This document shows positions 37,333 to 50,600 of a stretch of DNA of 64,000 nt, piece by piece. Location: the NCBI GenBank assembly GCA_002633005.1, contig NMRA01000098.1, positions 913,678 through 977,677 of the forward strand. Reading direction: 5' to 3'. The stretch is from Phoronis australis (lineage: Eukaryota > Animalia > Phoronida). Position numbers and translations under genes: made by a program. Position 1 is the stretch's first letter. Each line of letters starts with the position of its first letter. A model generated the notes under the pieces. That model did no database searches. It was not told the DNA's origin and saw only the letters and a list, made by a program, of their open reading frames with translations.

Positions 37333-38690
37333 AACAGCTTCATCAAATCCTGCTCTGAAAACCCCCTTCTCTGGCTAAGATACATTGATGACATTTTTAT
37401 GATACGGACCCATGGCACACAAAAATTAGATGTATTTTTAGAAAATATTAACAAATTTCACCCTACTATAAAGTTCACTCATGACATTTCTCAAAATAAA
37501 GTCTCATTTTTAGATGTAACTGTCACTCTTAATAATGATAAACTAGAAACTGACTTATTCTGTAAAGAAACTGACAAACACCAGTATCTGTCATATCACT
37601 CGTGTCATCCCTTTCATTGCAAGAAAAGCCTTCCATATAGCCTTGCCCTAAGAATTCGACGCATTTGTTCAGAAGAAACTTCCTTTAATAACCGTTTAAA
37701 AGAACTCAAGTACTATCTAATTCAACGTCATTTCCCCTTACATCTTATACACAAACAGTTTGACAAAGTCCGCTCAATTACTCGAAATGAATCTTTAAGA
37801 ACTAAAACTAAAGGCAATACTACTAATAGAATACCTTTCATAACTATGTTCAATCCATGTTTAAACGGAATTAGCCACGTCTTTAAAAAACATCTTTCTA
37901 CACTGCATATTTCCCCTCAAATGAAAAACCTATTTCCTCATCCCCCTATAATTTCTTGGAGAAAATGTAAAAATCTAAAAAATTATTTAGTTAAAGCTAA
38001 TATCGACAATATACACCAAACTGACAAACCTATTGGCAACACACAATGTAACAAAACTAGGTGTAAAATGTGTAACTTCATCAACGATAGCACTTTTTTC
38101 CAGTCTTCCCAAACCAATGAAAACTTTGAAATAAAACATTATTCTGATTGCACCACCAACAATATTATTTACCTTATAACTTGTAAAAAATGTTCTATCC
38201 AATACGTAGGACAAACTCAACATAATCTACAAACTCGGTTTCGTAATCATAGATTTAACATAATACATAAAAACATTTCTGATACTATAGGTAATCATTT
38301 CAATTCCAAAAACCATAATATTCAAGATCTTTCTGTACAAATACCGTAGAAAAACTCCAACACCCCAGTACCCCTCACAGACTCAAAAGAGAACAATATT
38401 GGATAGACAAACTTAATACAATAGAACCTCATGGATTGAACATAAAAACTTCTCAAAATATGTCATTGAATTTTTTACGCAAAAATGTATCATTTTCATT
38501 ACACCATATCTTATATGTCAATTGTCATTTTGTGTTTGATTTTACTTTATTTCTGTTTTTGTTGACAAAGGAAGTTATTACATCCGAAAATTTCAAATTT
38601 CAGTTGATCCATTCTCGTTGTTTTATTTACCGATTTATATTCTTCATTTCATGAAACAATCTGGATCGCCTTATTTAGTTTCAGATATAT
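37333..38690 (+). mobile_element. 5'-truncated Penelope-like retroelement (Neptune-like): RT C-terminal part, Cys-rich linker, GIY-YIG endonuclease; frameshifted
   Basis: In-frame upstream of ORF 37399-38349 is LWLRYIDDIF (RT YxDD motif). The ORF has FHPTIKFT..VSFLDV and LSYHSCHP..KKSLPYS.ALRIRRICS, a Cys-rich linker CNKTRCKMC, and GIY-YIG NIIYLITCKKCSIQYVGQT..L.TRF.NH. After a 1-nt frameshift near 38345 comes REQYWIDKLNTIEPHGLN. It lies antisense, about 300 bp upstream of the complexin 5'UTR acceptor. Confidence 0.92.
38558..38597 (+). ncRNA. Minimal type I hammerhead ribozyme (U3-A8 core variant) at the Penelope 3' end
   Basis: Stem I TTTG (38558-61) / CAAA (38594-97). Core TTGACAA (38562-68). 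Stem II GGAAGT-tatt-ACATCC with one A-A mismatch. Then GAA, palindromic AATT and T at the cleavage position (38593). Confidence 0.65.
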
Positions 38691-40623
38691 TTTCTACACT
38701 ATTTTTCACAAATTGTTGTGTGGAGCCTAAATCAAACTCCTGCCTTGAGTCTTAAGCAGCTTTTTCTGAAACCTACTCTAGTGTCCAGTTCAATGAAGCA
38801 GTCCCAAATAGACGGTTCCTAAATCTACTATGTACTCCTGTCTTTTTTTAATCACAGATCTAATCTTTTTCTATCATTTCATCTTCATTATGAGCTCCAC
38901 TTTAACTACGGTAATGGCATTTTCTAACAGTATAACTTAAAACCGAGTCCTGAATTCAGTGAACATGAATAGGGACTTAGTCTTTAAATTAGGAGCACTG
39001 CATGAAAAGATCCCTACTTATTTTCGATAATATTGAGCATTCAACGTAGAGTTCAGTCTTGATTTGTAACGAAGCCAAAAATTTGATTTAGTAATAAAGC
39101 TAAAACAGGATCAGAAACGACAATCGGTATTTTCACAAATACGCAATAGATGTAGGGAACTTAGTTGCGTCTCTATTTGGGACTGTTTCATGCAACCTAC
39201 CCCAGATATTCTTCAGTGAGTCAAATGAGGCACACTCACACCGTTAACAGGGAAAGCGAGAGACCCTACGCCAGGACACAGCCTCATGGGCATACTCTCT
39301 TCCTCAAGGTAAAAACATTACTGTGCTGTGTGCAATCAGTCCCAGACGTATAATTGGCAAATTTTGGACAAAAATAATACCTTCTTAACCCATCACGCAA
39401 CACAAACTAAAGGTATTTATACTTCATTGCTTAGTATGCATGAACTTGTAAATACCTGACGTGTTGATTCTTCATGCTCATTGCGTTGTGTTCAGAAACA
39501 GCGACAAAAAGCAAGTGTCAGTATAAAAAATGCTTCTGTAATTTTTAAAAATATTTAAAATAGAATAAAATCAGAATGAGTCAACATTGACATCCAGTTC
39601 TTATAAAAGGACACCAAACACTTAATCAGACAGACACAAGTTGTCATATTCGAGCGATTGGGTGCACTGACACTAAGGATCCCAGAAAAACCATCCGAAG
39701 ACTTCAAAGCGTGGCTGAAATTCTTCACCCGTTTAATGCACAACATGGTAAAAAAGTAGAGTTTTATTTCGTCAAGTTTCTCAATAAAAATAATAATTAA
39801 GTTCAATCCAGCACACACGTTGTCAAATCAAAATAATCAATCAAAACATTCAATCCTACTTGCCACTGTGTGAAATGAGATGTCCCAAGGAAATATCAAT
39901 GTTACCAAAACAACACTCAGTGGATCTCAAAGAACAAGTTACTTCATAGTTAGCATTGTTTGTCATAGGGATGTTTAATGACGATGAATCTGCTACTATT
40001 GTAACACGATTTGGACCTGAAATAGGAAATAAAGAAATCTGCAGTCACAACTACATTAAAAATTTTTTCAGGTCTTGGATTGTTTTCTCAAACAGGTAAC
40101 CACGTGGGCATTTTAGCACTTGAAACTTTAAGTTAGATCATTGGGAATATCAGTGTGTGCTGACAACAGTACCCATTCTATGCTCCCAGGAGTTGAGAAA
40201 GATTAAGATTGACAAGGTCCATTAGCCAGGTATTAGTTTCAAAAGTGGTTAGAAATTTACAATCGCTAAACACCTAGCCTAATTATTATTATTGTTTTTA
40301 ATTTTGGCATTTTAATTTTAACTGAATGGGTCCAAAAAGGGACGTCATATTAAATAATGGAATGTACATTTGTCATAAAGCAACACTTGGGGGAGTCTTC
40401 ATTATTCGGAACACTGCATTCAGGTTATGAAAAATTGAAAAGCGTCAATTATTTTTGAGCAAAACCAATTGTACAGCCCAGAGACTTCCAAAAATCAAGG
40501 AGACTCAAGGATTTGTTACTGGGTACAACCTAATTCAGTGGAGGTATAATTGAATTTCAGAGCCATTATTACTGTATTTGATGACTGCCACATTGCCCTG
40601 CCACATAAGGCATCCTGCTGCAC

Positions 40624-41225
40624 GCCTCGCTGGTTCCCTGTGTGCTTAGCCTAGCCAGCACCCAGGTATCACGCAGTGGCACGTGCTTTAGCATTGGTCG
40701 ATGTAACCTCGGCAGTCATTGGTTAGCTTTACAACACCGTGAAAAAAATGGCAGACTGTGAACGATTTTTAGCCTTGTCATGCAAGTGACGTCGCAGCAA
40801 CTATTTCGTTTCTGCAGTGATGTTTAGTAGCCGCGTGCTTGAATCACATGCATGTACAATAAACAAATATCTGGCCGATTTAACCCGTGTGTTATTCATA
40901 TTTTATGAATACAGGACACTATAATCGTAAACAAAAGTCATCGACAGTAGAAAGAGGCATTCCGAAAAGGCGCAACCACAATTTCTAGGCTTCACACTTT
41001 CCTGAACATAAATTTTAAGCGCCGATTTGTCTGTGCAACAGACCACATTTACACTTCAGTCCATCAGTTATGCCAGTTTGTTTGCGTAAAGCGCTGCCTG
41101 TTGAGAATTCGACTAGACAATCAGAAACACTGGTGTAAAAAAATTTACCGAGGAAAATTAAGTGATACCTGAGTGCTGGCGTGGCTACCGCCCCACCTAG
41201 CGGCATGCAGGGAACCAGCGAGACT
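40624..41225. mobile_element. Non-autonomous inverted-repeat element (MITE-like)
   Basis: Left arm ctcgctggttccctg...gccagcacccaggtatcac (40624-40672) is the reverse complement of right arm gtgatacctgagtgctggc...cagggaaccagcgag (41162-41225). Confidence 0.7.
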
Positions 41226-43002
41226 GCAGGCCTAAGCCATTACAAAAACCTAACTGTGCAAATTTGGTTACAGCTTCAGACCACAGTTTCTAAATCCAGG
41301 CTAATGAAATCCAGTTATCAATCTTATCCATTATTAATCATTCTGGTGCTCTTTTGTCAACTGTACAGCTAATTAACTGTCAATGTTCACAGAGCTACAA
41401 AAATATTCTTCAAAAGGTACCAGAAAACCAAAATTTAACATATTTATTTTGATTATTTTTTATCATATTTCTTCGAGTAAAAATGATCATAGTTAACTTC
41501 TGAGGGATTTAATTTCAGGAGCCAAATACTTTGAAAAATCATCTGGTTTAGTTCACGTTACAACAAAAATTATTTCAGACAGTGAAAGCTAATGCACTAA
41601 TTGCACACAATAGCACATTTAATAAACACCCAACTTCTTAACGACCGCTAAACTTGAACAAATTTATTGACGAAGTAAAAGGTGTCCTGAAACGTGAAAC
41701 AGACCGAGTTTCTAATGACTCCTAAAGTGGCTAGGCAGTACACGTTAATTATGGCATGGCACTCAAATGGATGAATACTGTAACTGCGACTTTACTGTAA
41801 CTGCAGTTTGGATCTGTCAAATCGTTGTTTCTTACCAAACGAGGAGACACGTCGCTTTGTTCATGTTTAGGCATTCCCTGAAAGATATCCAGATGCCCAT
41901 TTTACTCCTGAATTTTAATTTTAATGCTAAAATTTGAGAACTAAAATTTGTTATTTTTTGGTCTAAATAACACTGGTTGGCTTGCTTAAGTTGTCAATTC
42001 TTTTATGGCCCCATAATAAACAAATCTGTGTACCTGTACCTGAACAGTACTTCCAACAAAAAAAGCTTGAAGTTACTCGCATAAGTACTGGAGGGACACA
42101 AACACCTTTTATGATGAGAGTAACTTTACGCTGAAGGCAAAAAACTTCTAATCAATCAATTCTGATAGCTTTGGCGTGTGACTTCAAGAAAAAGCACGGA
42201 ACAACATTAGTGCAGTCACCATAGTTCCAACAGGCAGGCGCTGTTGCGTCATTCACAAAGTTCATAAATTACGTGATGGACCAATACAAACGCCAACAGT
42301 GAGAGACACTGATATTCTGGAGACCTGAAAAGGCAATCAATCATTCGTTGGCAGAAGTATCGACTGTTATCAAAGCCAGGCTACGAAAATAGGAATATCG
42401 GAAAATATCAGGCCAGCACCGTGCAGTGAGTATGTTGCTGTTATCATTGGCATGTTTCTACGTAGGTGTTACAAACTTTTCCCACATGTGTTTTCATCAA
42501 TTTCCGTAGAAAACCAGAAGACCAATAAACGCAGCTTATCGTCACTACATAGAATACAGAAAGTTATTGGCTAGGGAGCACAATTTGCGAATAGCACTCC
42601 CCCATAACAGTCTTGAGACACTCAACTACCTTTCCAGGAGTCAAGATGCACTTGACAATTCAAATTGCATCTAATGCTGAAACGTCACTGTTGACAAATC
42701 TACTCAAGTGGGAAATGCAAGTTTGTCAGTTTGAGTCTTAGTGAGCAAACAAAACTGCAGAGAATCAATCCCTGTTCCATAATGTCCTACACTAACCACT
42801 TATAAAGACCTATCATAACTATATCTTGAGTGACGTTATATTACTGTATTTCCTAGGACAGTGACATAAGGTATGGTCTTGGACTTACGTTGTCAATAAC
42901 CTTTCACCAAAAAGTATGTTCTTTTAAAAAAACTCAGTAAATTGCGGCTTACATGGCAATTTAGGTTAAATTGTTGAATAAAATTAAAGCTTTTACTCAG
43001 GT

Positions 43003-44622
43003 TTGGGTAAAGAATAACAGTGAAAAACATTCAAGTTAAATTTGACCTTATCCACAAGCCTAGTATATGTATTAAGTTAAATATCTGAAAACTATAGACT
43101 TTAACATATCAAAAGTGCACATTTTCTGAAAGTAGTAAGCCTGGAGCCATTTTTGAGATATATAGTGAACATTCCAATGTCAACCAAATTTGTCCGTTTT
43201 TCTAGGTTTCTACACAACCTGAAGTGGTACACCTTTTTCAAAAACTAGGTCAATCAATGCATTTTTCTACCTCAGTGAAGGAGGATCAAGAATTGAATTT
43301 GGTAGCGTGATCAAATACCACCCAATCCATAATTCTGCACAATCTATAGGAATGACTGTTCAAACCTTTCTATGAATCTACCGTGTCTACTTTACGCTCT
43401 ATTAGTGAGTCAAACTTACCTAAAGCGATGTGACTGCCTGAGAAATTTAAGCCACAAGGACTATGTAGTCTTGCATTTTATCAAGAGCTCAAAATAGTAC
43501 CAAAAGTCAAGAGAATATCAACACATGTGACCTTTTCTAGTGATTGTTTGAGTTAAACATCATGAACAACGATAAAGTTTTAGCACTTTTTGATCTTGAT
43601 TTGGTCAGGTAAGTGCATCACGGCCACTTGCCGGGGGACCGCTCTATCAGGTCTACACCGCGCCTATAACTCAAACACCCATGGGTTGAAGAGGTACCCG
43701 AAAACTATAGAAAATGCCACTTAGACTGTCCAGAGCAAGAGTTCACCCAGGATTTCAAAAATAGGGCGTCCAAAATGGTTTTCCAATTTCTCAGGAACTG
43801 TTCTTGACAATGNTTGGGTAAAGAATAACAGTGAAAAACATTCAAGTTAAATTTGACCTTATCCACAAGCCTAGTATATGTATTAAGTTAAATATCTGAA
43901 AACTATAGACTTTAACATATCAAAAGTGCACATTTTCTGAAAGTAGTAAGCCTGGAGCCATTTTTGAGATATATAGTGAACATTCCAATGTCAACCAAAT
44001 TTGTCCGTTTTTCTAGGTTTCTACACAACCTGAAGTGGTACACCTTTTTCAAAAACTAGGTCAATCAATGCATTTTTCTACCTCAGTGAAGGAGGATCAA
44101 GAATTGAATTTGGTAGCGTGATCAAATACCACCCAATCCATAATTCTGCACAATCTACAGGAATGACTGTTCAAACCTTTCTATGAATCTTCCGTATCTA
44201 CTTTAGGCTCTAAGTGAGTCAAACTTACCTAAAGCGATGTGACTGCCTGAGAAATTTAAGCCACAAGGACTACATAGTCTTGCATTTTATCAAGAGCTCA
44301 AAATAGTACCAAAAGTCAAGAGAATATCAACACATGTGACCTTTTCTAGTGATTGTTTGAGTTAAACACCATGAACAACGATAAAGTTTTAGCACTTTTT
44401 GATCTTGATTTGGTCAGGTAAGCGCATCACTGCCACTTGCCGGGGGACCGCTCTATAAGGCCTACACCCTGCCTATAACTAAAAAAACCCATGGATTGAA
44501 GAGGTACCCAAAAACTATAGAAAATGCCACTTAGACTGTCCAGAGCAAGAGTTCACCCAGGATTTCAAAAATAGGGCGTCCAAAATGGTTTTCCAATTTC
44601 TCAGGAACTGTTCTTGACAATG
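43003..44622. repeat. About 810-bp direct duplication flanking a single N at 43813 (likely two haplotypes joined by the assembler)
   Basis: 43003-43812 is repeated at 43814-44622 with scattered substitutions and a small indel. The junction is exactly the N. Confidence 0.9.
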
Positions 44623-47600
44623 TTTTTATGGCCCTAAGTCAAACTGCTGCTCTAGTATGGCATTTACCACGGAGAAATGGTTCTCTGCAATAAAGTTTTT
44701 CATGTGTTACGCCATTTCTAAATCAACTTTTTTATTCTAGACAAGCCAATGAGCTCACAGAACTGCTGCTAGCAAATTAAAATAGAAAATTTCCTGCTCA
44801 TTTTACTTGGGAGTCGACATGCTGAACAGGGAATCCTAACTAGGAGGACTAAATTTGAGTCAGAGTGTCCAACTGGTCACCCTAGATACCTTCTAAACAA
44901 AGGCTAATGGCACAGAGTCATCCACTGCAAACATTAAGCAAGCAAGCAAATAACAAAACTTAATTTCTAAAATTTCAGACCAGATAACGTCATTAACTAA
45001 AGACTTACTTGTTTTCTTTGTAAACTTGTGAAGAGCCCAGCATCAAATTATATGGCACTAGAACTTCTCGAAATCACACCACATGTGAATGGTGTTAAAC
45101 GCCATTGACAAATGGTTTGATCTCTAGACACATAAGACACCTCCCCCTGACAATCCAAGCTTTATCAGTATCACCCACACAATGTAAACACTCCCCATAT
45201 CAGTTATTTGACTGCCGCACTTTATATTAAAATAATGCCTCGAGGATTTAACAGACTTAACAGGCACAAAAATTAATAATGTACTGAAGTCTATAATCAC
45301 AGCTTCTACAAACACGTTCATTTATCACCTGGAAATCGATCTGGTGCACCCGCTAGAGTAATAGTTACTGACAGGTACGGTATACATTCTGAGAACCAGT
45401 TTTCTCTACTGAATAACAGGGATCAAACTGGTTCTCAAAATGTAGGGCTCCCTATACATGACTTAATTGCCCCAATTAGTAGTTAAAGAGTAAAATAGAA
45501 GCTGATGATATTTATAGCTCATCACTCTGTGTAACCTCTGTTCATTCAATATAACTACATGTTGTTAAAGGAACATGTTCTAATGTCATTTGTAAACTTA
45601 CTTTGAAGCCATGCAAAATATGCCACAGAGATTTCCAAACAAATTTCAATGTCAAACAGACCACATTCACCATCCACAACTAAAAAGCATGAAAATCCAT
45701 CAATTTGCTAAGTTCTGATTAGCCATTTCTAACTTAAAGCTCTCCTTAGACTGAGATTCCCACTTCCTGTTGATGACAGAGACCAATAGTTATCATCGTT
45801 GGGAGTTCAGTTAGATAGTCTTATTACTAGTAAGCTTATTGTATGCGTAACATGTAGAACCTGACATTGGCAGGAATGAGCTTTTAGCCAAATATTTACA
45901 AAACCCCAGAAAATCCATACAAAGTATAAATCTTAGGAAAGTAAAAAACTTGCAGAAAGGTACCTTCATAGCAAAACAATGGTATAAATAACGGGACAAA
46001 GTTTATCTGCAGAAATTATGAAATTCTAATCACGGGTAGATCGTGGCTATTACACAGTATAGGGGAAATGACCCTCCATACGAGGTTTCATTAGCAGCTA
46101 ATTGCCAACAGGGTAGTGAGTCAATACCTTCAAGTCAAAAAAAATTTGTTGTCATCGCTTACAGTATGGTGACTGTTTTGAGCGTGCAGTGAAATGTCAA
46201 CAATTTAGGAAACAACATGACAGGCAAATAAAATTACAATTAAAATTACAATTTCCCGTTTTTTTCATAAAAGTTAATCGGCACCAGCTTCTTTCACCAG
46301 AAACAATATAGAGATTGAGAACAATGCTAGAACCAGTTGAAAAATGAAAAAAATGAAATTTTAGCGATTATTTTTGTCCGAAATTGGTGACATTTAACCG
46401 GAACTTTGACACCCTACATATTGGCACAGCACATCAGGCTCCCCGTTTACGCGATCAACTCACTAGATATGTTTGCTTAGAGAGCACTTTGCACAATGCC
46501 CGCTTGATTACTAACACAAAGATTACCAGCTGGGGCGAAAGTGCAATTAAAATGATTGTTTCCACCTTGATTACAGTTTGCGGACAGGTGAGGCAGCTGA
46601 CACCACATGCAGGAAGATAAATGGAAAATATTGTTCTAGGGATGCGAACAGGTGGCAAAGTTACAGGGGTGTAACGTCTTACAATTTTGGCATACACCGC
46701 GGGCAGAGAGTAAAGCCATGTTGTACACTGCTTCAGTAATATGACTATCGCCTCTGAAGATCCCAATCACATAATGGCAAATGACGATTGTTTTGATTTT
46801 GTGACGAATCACAAAACAATCAAGTCATGAGAGATAATACAGTATATTGTACTGTAGTCAGCTCTTACCTAAACCAAGTCATTCTTTTTTATCTTACTTT
46901 GAAGTTACCAATTTTTAACCATTGGCGAAGCGGCCCAGTATGGCTTTAAACTTGCATAATCTAGTGAAAAATTTTAGTGAGCCAGGATGACACACCTTTC
47001 AATGGATTTGCTAAATGCTGAACAATCTCGAGCTAGAAATTCTTCACTTTAAACTCAAATGTTTCCAGGCAACAATTCATTTACAGTTCAATCAAAATGA
47101 TAACTCACTTGAGAAATGAAGTTAATACTTTTTCAGCTTTTCAATTAAATCAACCAACTGAGGTGTTCTGAACTTATGCACTGTGCATGACAGCATAAAT
47201 TTTGCTCCAGTACTGATTAAGTAATTACCTCGAACTGTAAACCCCAAGAGATTAACTACGCCAGTAAATATAAAAGTTACACGTGAGTAGAATTGTCAAG
47301 TTATACGAGACCAAAGCAAATGGTGCGTTGTAAGCATTGAGATAAATCACTATTGTGTACCATAGCAACCAATTATTAAATCAAATCCCGGTATAATTCC
47401 ACTTTCATTTTAGTGCAATACCTAACTTTTTGCACATTTTTTCTTAACAAAATCTGCACATAAGGTTCAGACTGTGATCATCAAAAATTTTACAAATATA
47501 GTTTTAATTTGTTGTATACGATCAATTTTAACTCGAGAGGCTGTGTCTTTCCATGAGCAATGCGGAAAGTGGACTCGAGATGTCTGCCAGTGACTATGGT

Positions 47601-50600
47601 GATAGCTACACACAGCTTACTGTAGTTTTACACTTATTTCATAAAAAAATTGTTGTCAAAATTGTCACTTTCCATACTTAAAGGCTGATTGCTTTGCTAC
47701 ACTTAATGGAAGCTTGAACAAAGGCAGATTCACAACATCTACAGGCCACGCTAGTGATATTTATTGTTAAATTTAACAACATGGAATTTCACTTGTCGGC
47801 CATGTTGTGAGCTAGATAAGTGAAGGATTACCAGGCATTAAAATGCCAATAATTTACAGTGTGTGATCAACCATCTCTATAGAAGCTTCACAGTAACTCT
47901 TTTCATCATCTCAGCTTAGTGACAGCCTAGTCTGGTTTCCATAGAACTAAAAATCAATATTCTCTGCTTGTAAAACCAACAAATCAGGATACGTTTTCTT
48001 TACAACTACAGCAGGTAGCTGTCAAGTTCTGCGGTGGTTTTGCTCAATTTCCTAGACAGGCACCCGAATGAAAAGTTTTAATAACCATTGTTGCCAGAAG
48101 TTTGTGTACATTTAAATTAGAAATAGCCACTTAAAATGAAAACTAAAGTGCAAACATGTTGTCGCACCTTTGAACATCAACAGTTGACACAGTTTACCTG
48201 ACTAAAGTTACTATTACTTAAAGGGTTTGATACCAATACAAGTTCTGTTAGCAAAAATCGCATGAATATGCAATGGCCACTGGTCTTTACATACGTACAA
48301 TAAGGTCTCACTAATTTTACTTAAAAATTATTAGAAAAATGACATTAGTCGTTATTCAAAGAGCTCCCAACATAGTCGTGAGAGCTCACAACTTCTCACA
48401 ACATTAAGTCCGATGGTAGCTATCGCACAGCAGTGGATCAAACATGCATCAAAGGTACTCAGAGCACTGAGTGCAACTTTCAAGTAAAACGCAAGGACTT
48501 AAGTGAGCACAAAATGAAGGGACACTAGAGCAACTTGGATTTTTTATAAATCCAAACCCCATTGTTTTCTAAAATGGTGGTGGTATATTATTGTAACCAA
48601 CCCAGCAAGATCAGCATTTGGCAGTATTGCTAAACACACACTATGTGTAAACTGACCAATGCAGCGATATCATTGTCTAAAATGAATCTTACAAACACAT
48701 CATCTAGTTATCAATTAATTATATGAGTATAAATCATGAACAGTACAACTTGCTAATATTGTTCAAAATAGAACTTACCACACCATGGGATCAAGTTGAA
48801 ATGAAGAGAGTGAATGTTCTTTCACAAATCACACCTGAAAATAAACATATGGCACTGAGTAATTTATCACTACTGCAAATATGTCATACTCTTTTCCATC
48901 ATATGAATGAAGTAAGGTAAACTTAGTCAAGCCAAAAGTGAGATTTTATCGCCTTCAATGACTTATTTTTAGACAAGCCACTGAGGCATTTAGGTGAATG
49001 AGGGTACTTAAGCCTACCTCAAACGGAATGTTATTTTAGATGCATTAGGCTAGCCTGTTAGTCCTAGCAAAGCTTTAGCGAAATACGAAAACGCCAGTTT
49101 AATCACTCAAATGTAAGCCAGCCCCATGATAGGTGAAGTTACTAGTTTTGTGCCATATTGCATCACCACCAGAACCCAGCATATTAACAACAAAAGGCTG
49201 ACAGCAGTTGCATTAAATAAGGGTATGAATTAAGACTAGCTGCCATTGTGTTCAAGAGTTGCTCTTAACACACTGTATGAACCAAATTTACTGAAGTTAC
49301 TGTTCAAGATAGGCTTGTAAAACAATTATAGTACTGCTCTTTTGTAACTGTATAATGTCTTGTATCATAACACATCAAAATAAAAGGGTCACTGAAGTAA
49401 TGAGAATTTTAACCTTGAAAAAGTAATATCAATTTCAGTTTATAATAAAATGTTATAATTAAAGACAATGATCAATATTTATATTACCGTACATTGGTAA
49501 TGATTCATGGAAATTGCCGAATAGATACACAAAAATGAATGTAACAAAACGATTTGTATTTACACCAGTGAAATGACCTTTAACCTTGAACTCTGGAGAT
49601 TAAAAACTCTGACCAAACCCCCATAAACAATGGCTGCACCATGTAAACACATATCCAATCCCTGTGGCTGGCCAGTGGCGGGACCCAAAAATACAGCTTT
49701 ACTAGACTGACTGCACCCAGCTGCATAAAATTCATAGCCTGGTTGACAACAATGATGGCGTCATAAGTTACTGGCTTCAATCAAGTTACTGTTGTTGAAC
49801 AATGCTCTTGACATAGTGAACCACTAAAGTTTTACGCAAGTCAGCCGACTTCTCTCAATCCAATGATTGGACTGTCAAATACACCGCTGAGGAGACCCCG
49901 ATTCTTAACTTGGAGTTAAAACATGTCCTTGTCTCCTGTTAGGACACATGTTCTTTGGGCTAGGTTATGAAAACATCAATGTCAAACAAGACAAGTGTAT
50001 ATATGGGTGGAATGTCATGTATTTCTATGTTCAGGTAAGTTTCATGAACCACTGACATCAGTAAACCCCTAAAATGTCGATTAATAGAAAACTCTAATTC
50101 GTGTATCCCTGTACACTATATGGCTGAGCCTGTCGAATGGCTAGTACCTACTGAGACCCACAGGTGATTATCAACAGTATCAATTATGTAATTTACATGA
50201 CATTTTTGATGCAGAGCAAACAGACATGCCAACCGAACTTGCAGTAAATGTGTAAACAGCATTTGCTTGGAGCAAACTGACACCCTTGCATTTCATCTTG
50301 TTAATGGTTTCAAGGAAAAGTGGTATCCAGACTGGAGCAGTGGTCTACAGCACTTGACCCATGTTCAGCATGCAAATACCCCTTAAAGCAAGACACCTGA
50401 GCTTTAAGTCAACACTATTTGAAAATAATCATTCACTTCATGGCAAAAACAATAAACATTGTTCGCTATTACACAAGACTACAACTACCATAGACAGTGG
50501 CCAACATGACAGCCATAAATTGAATGAATATTTAATGTCAGATTATTACATGATGGATGTCCTCGGAAATAACTGATTACTATCTACAACACAGCAGAGT

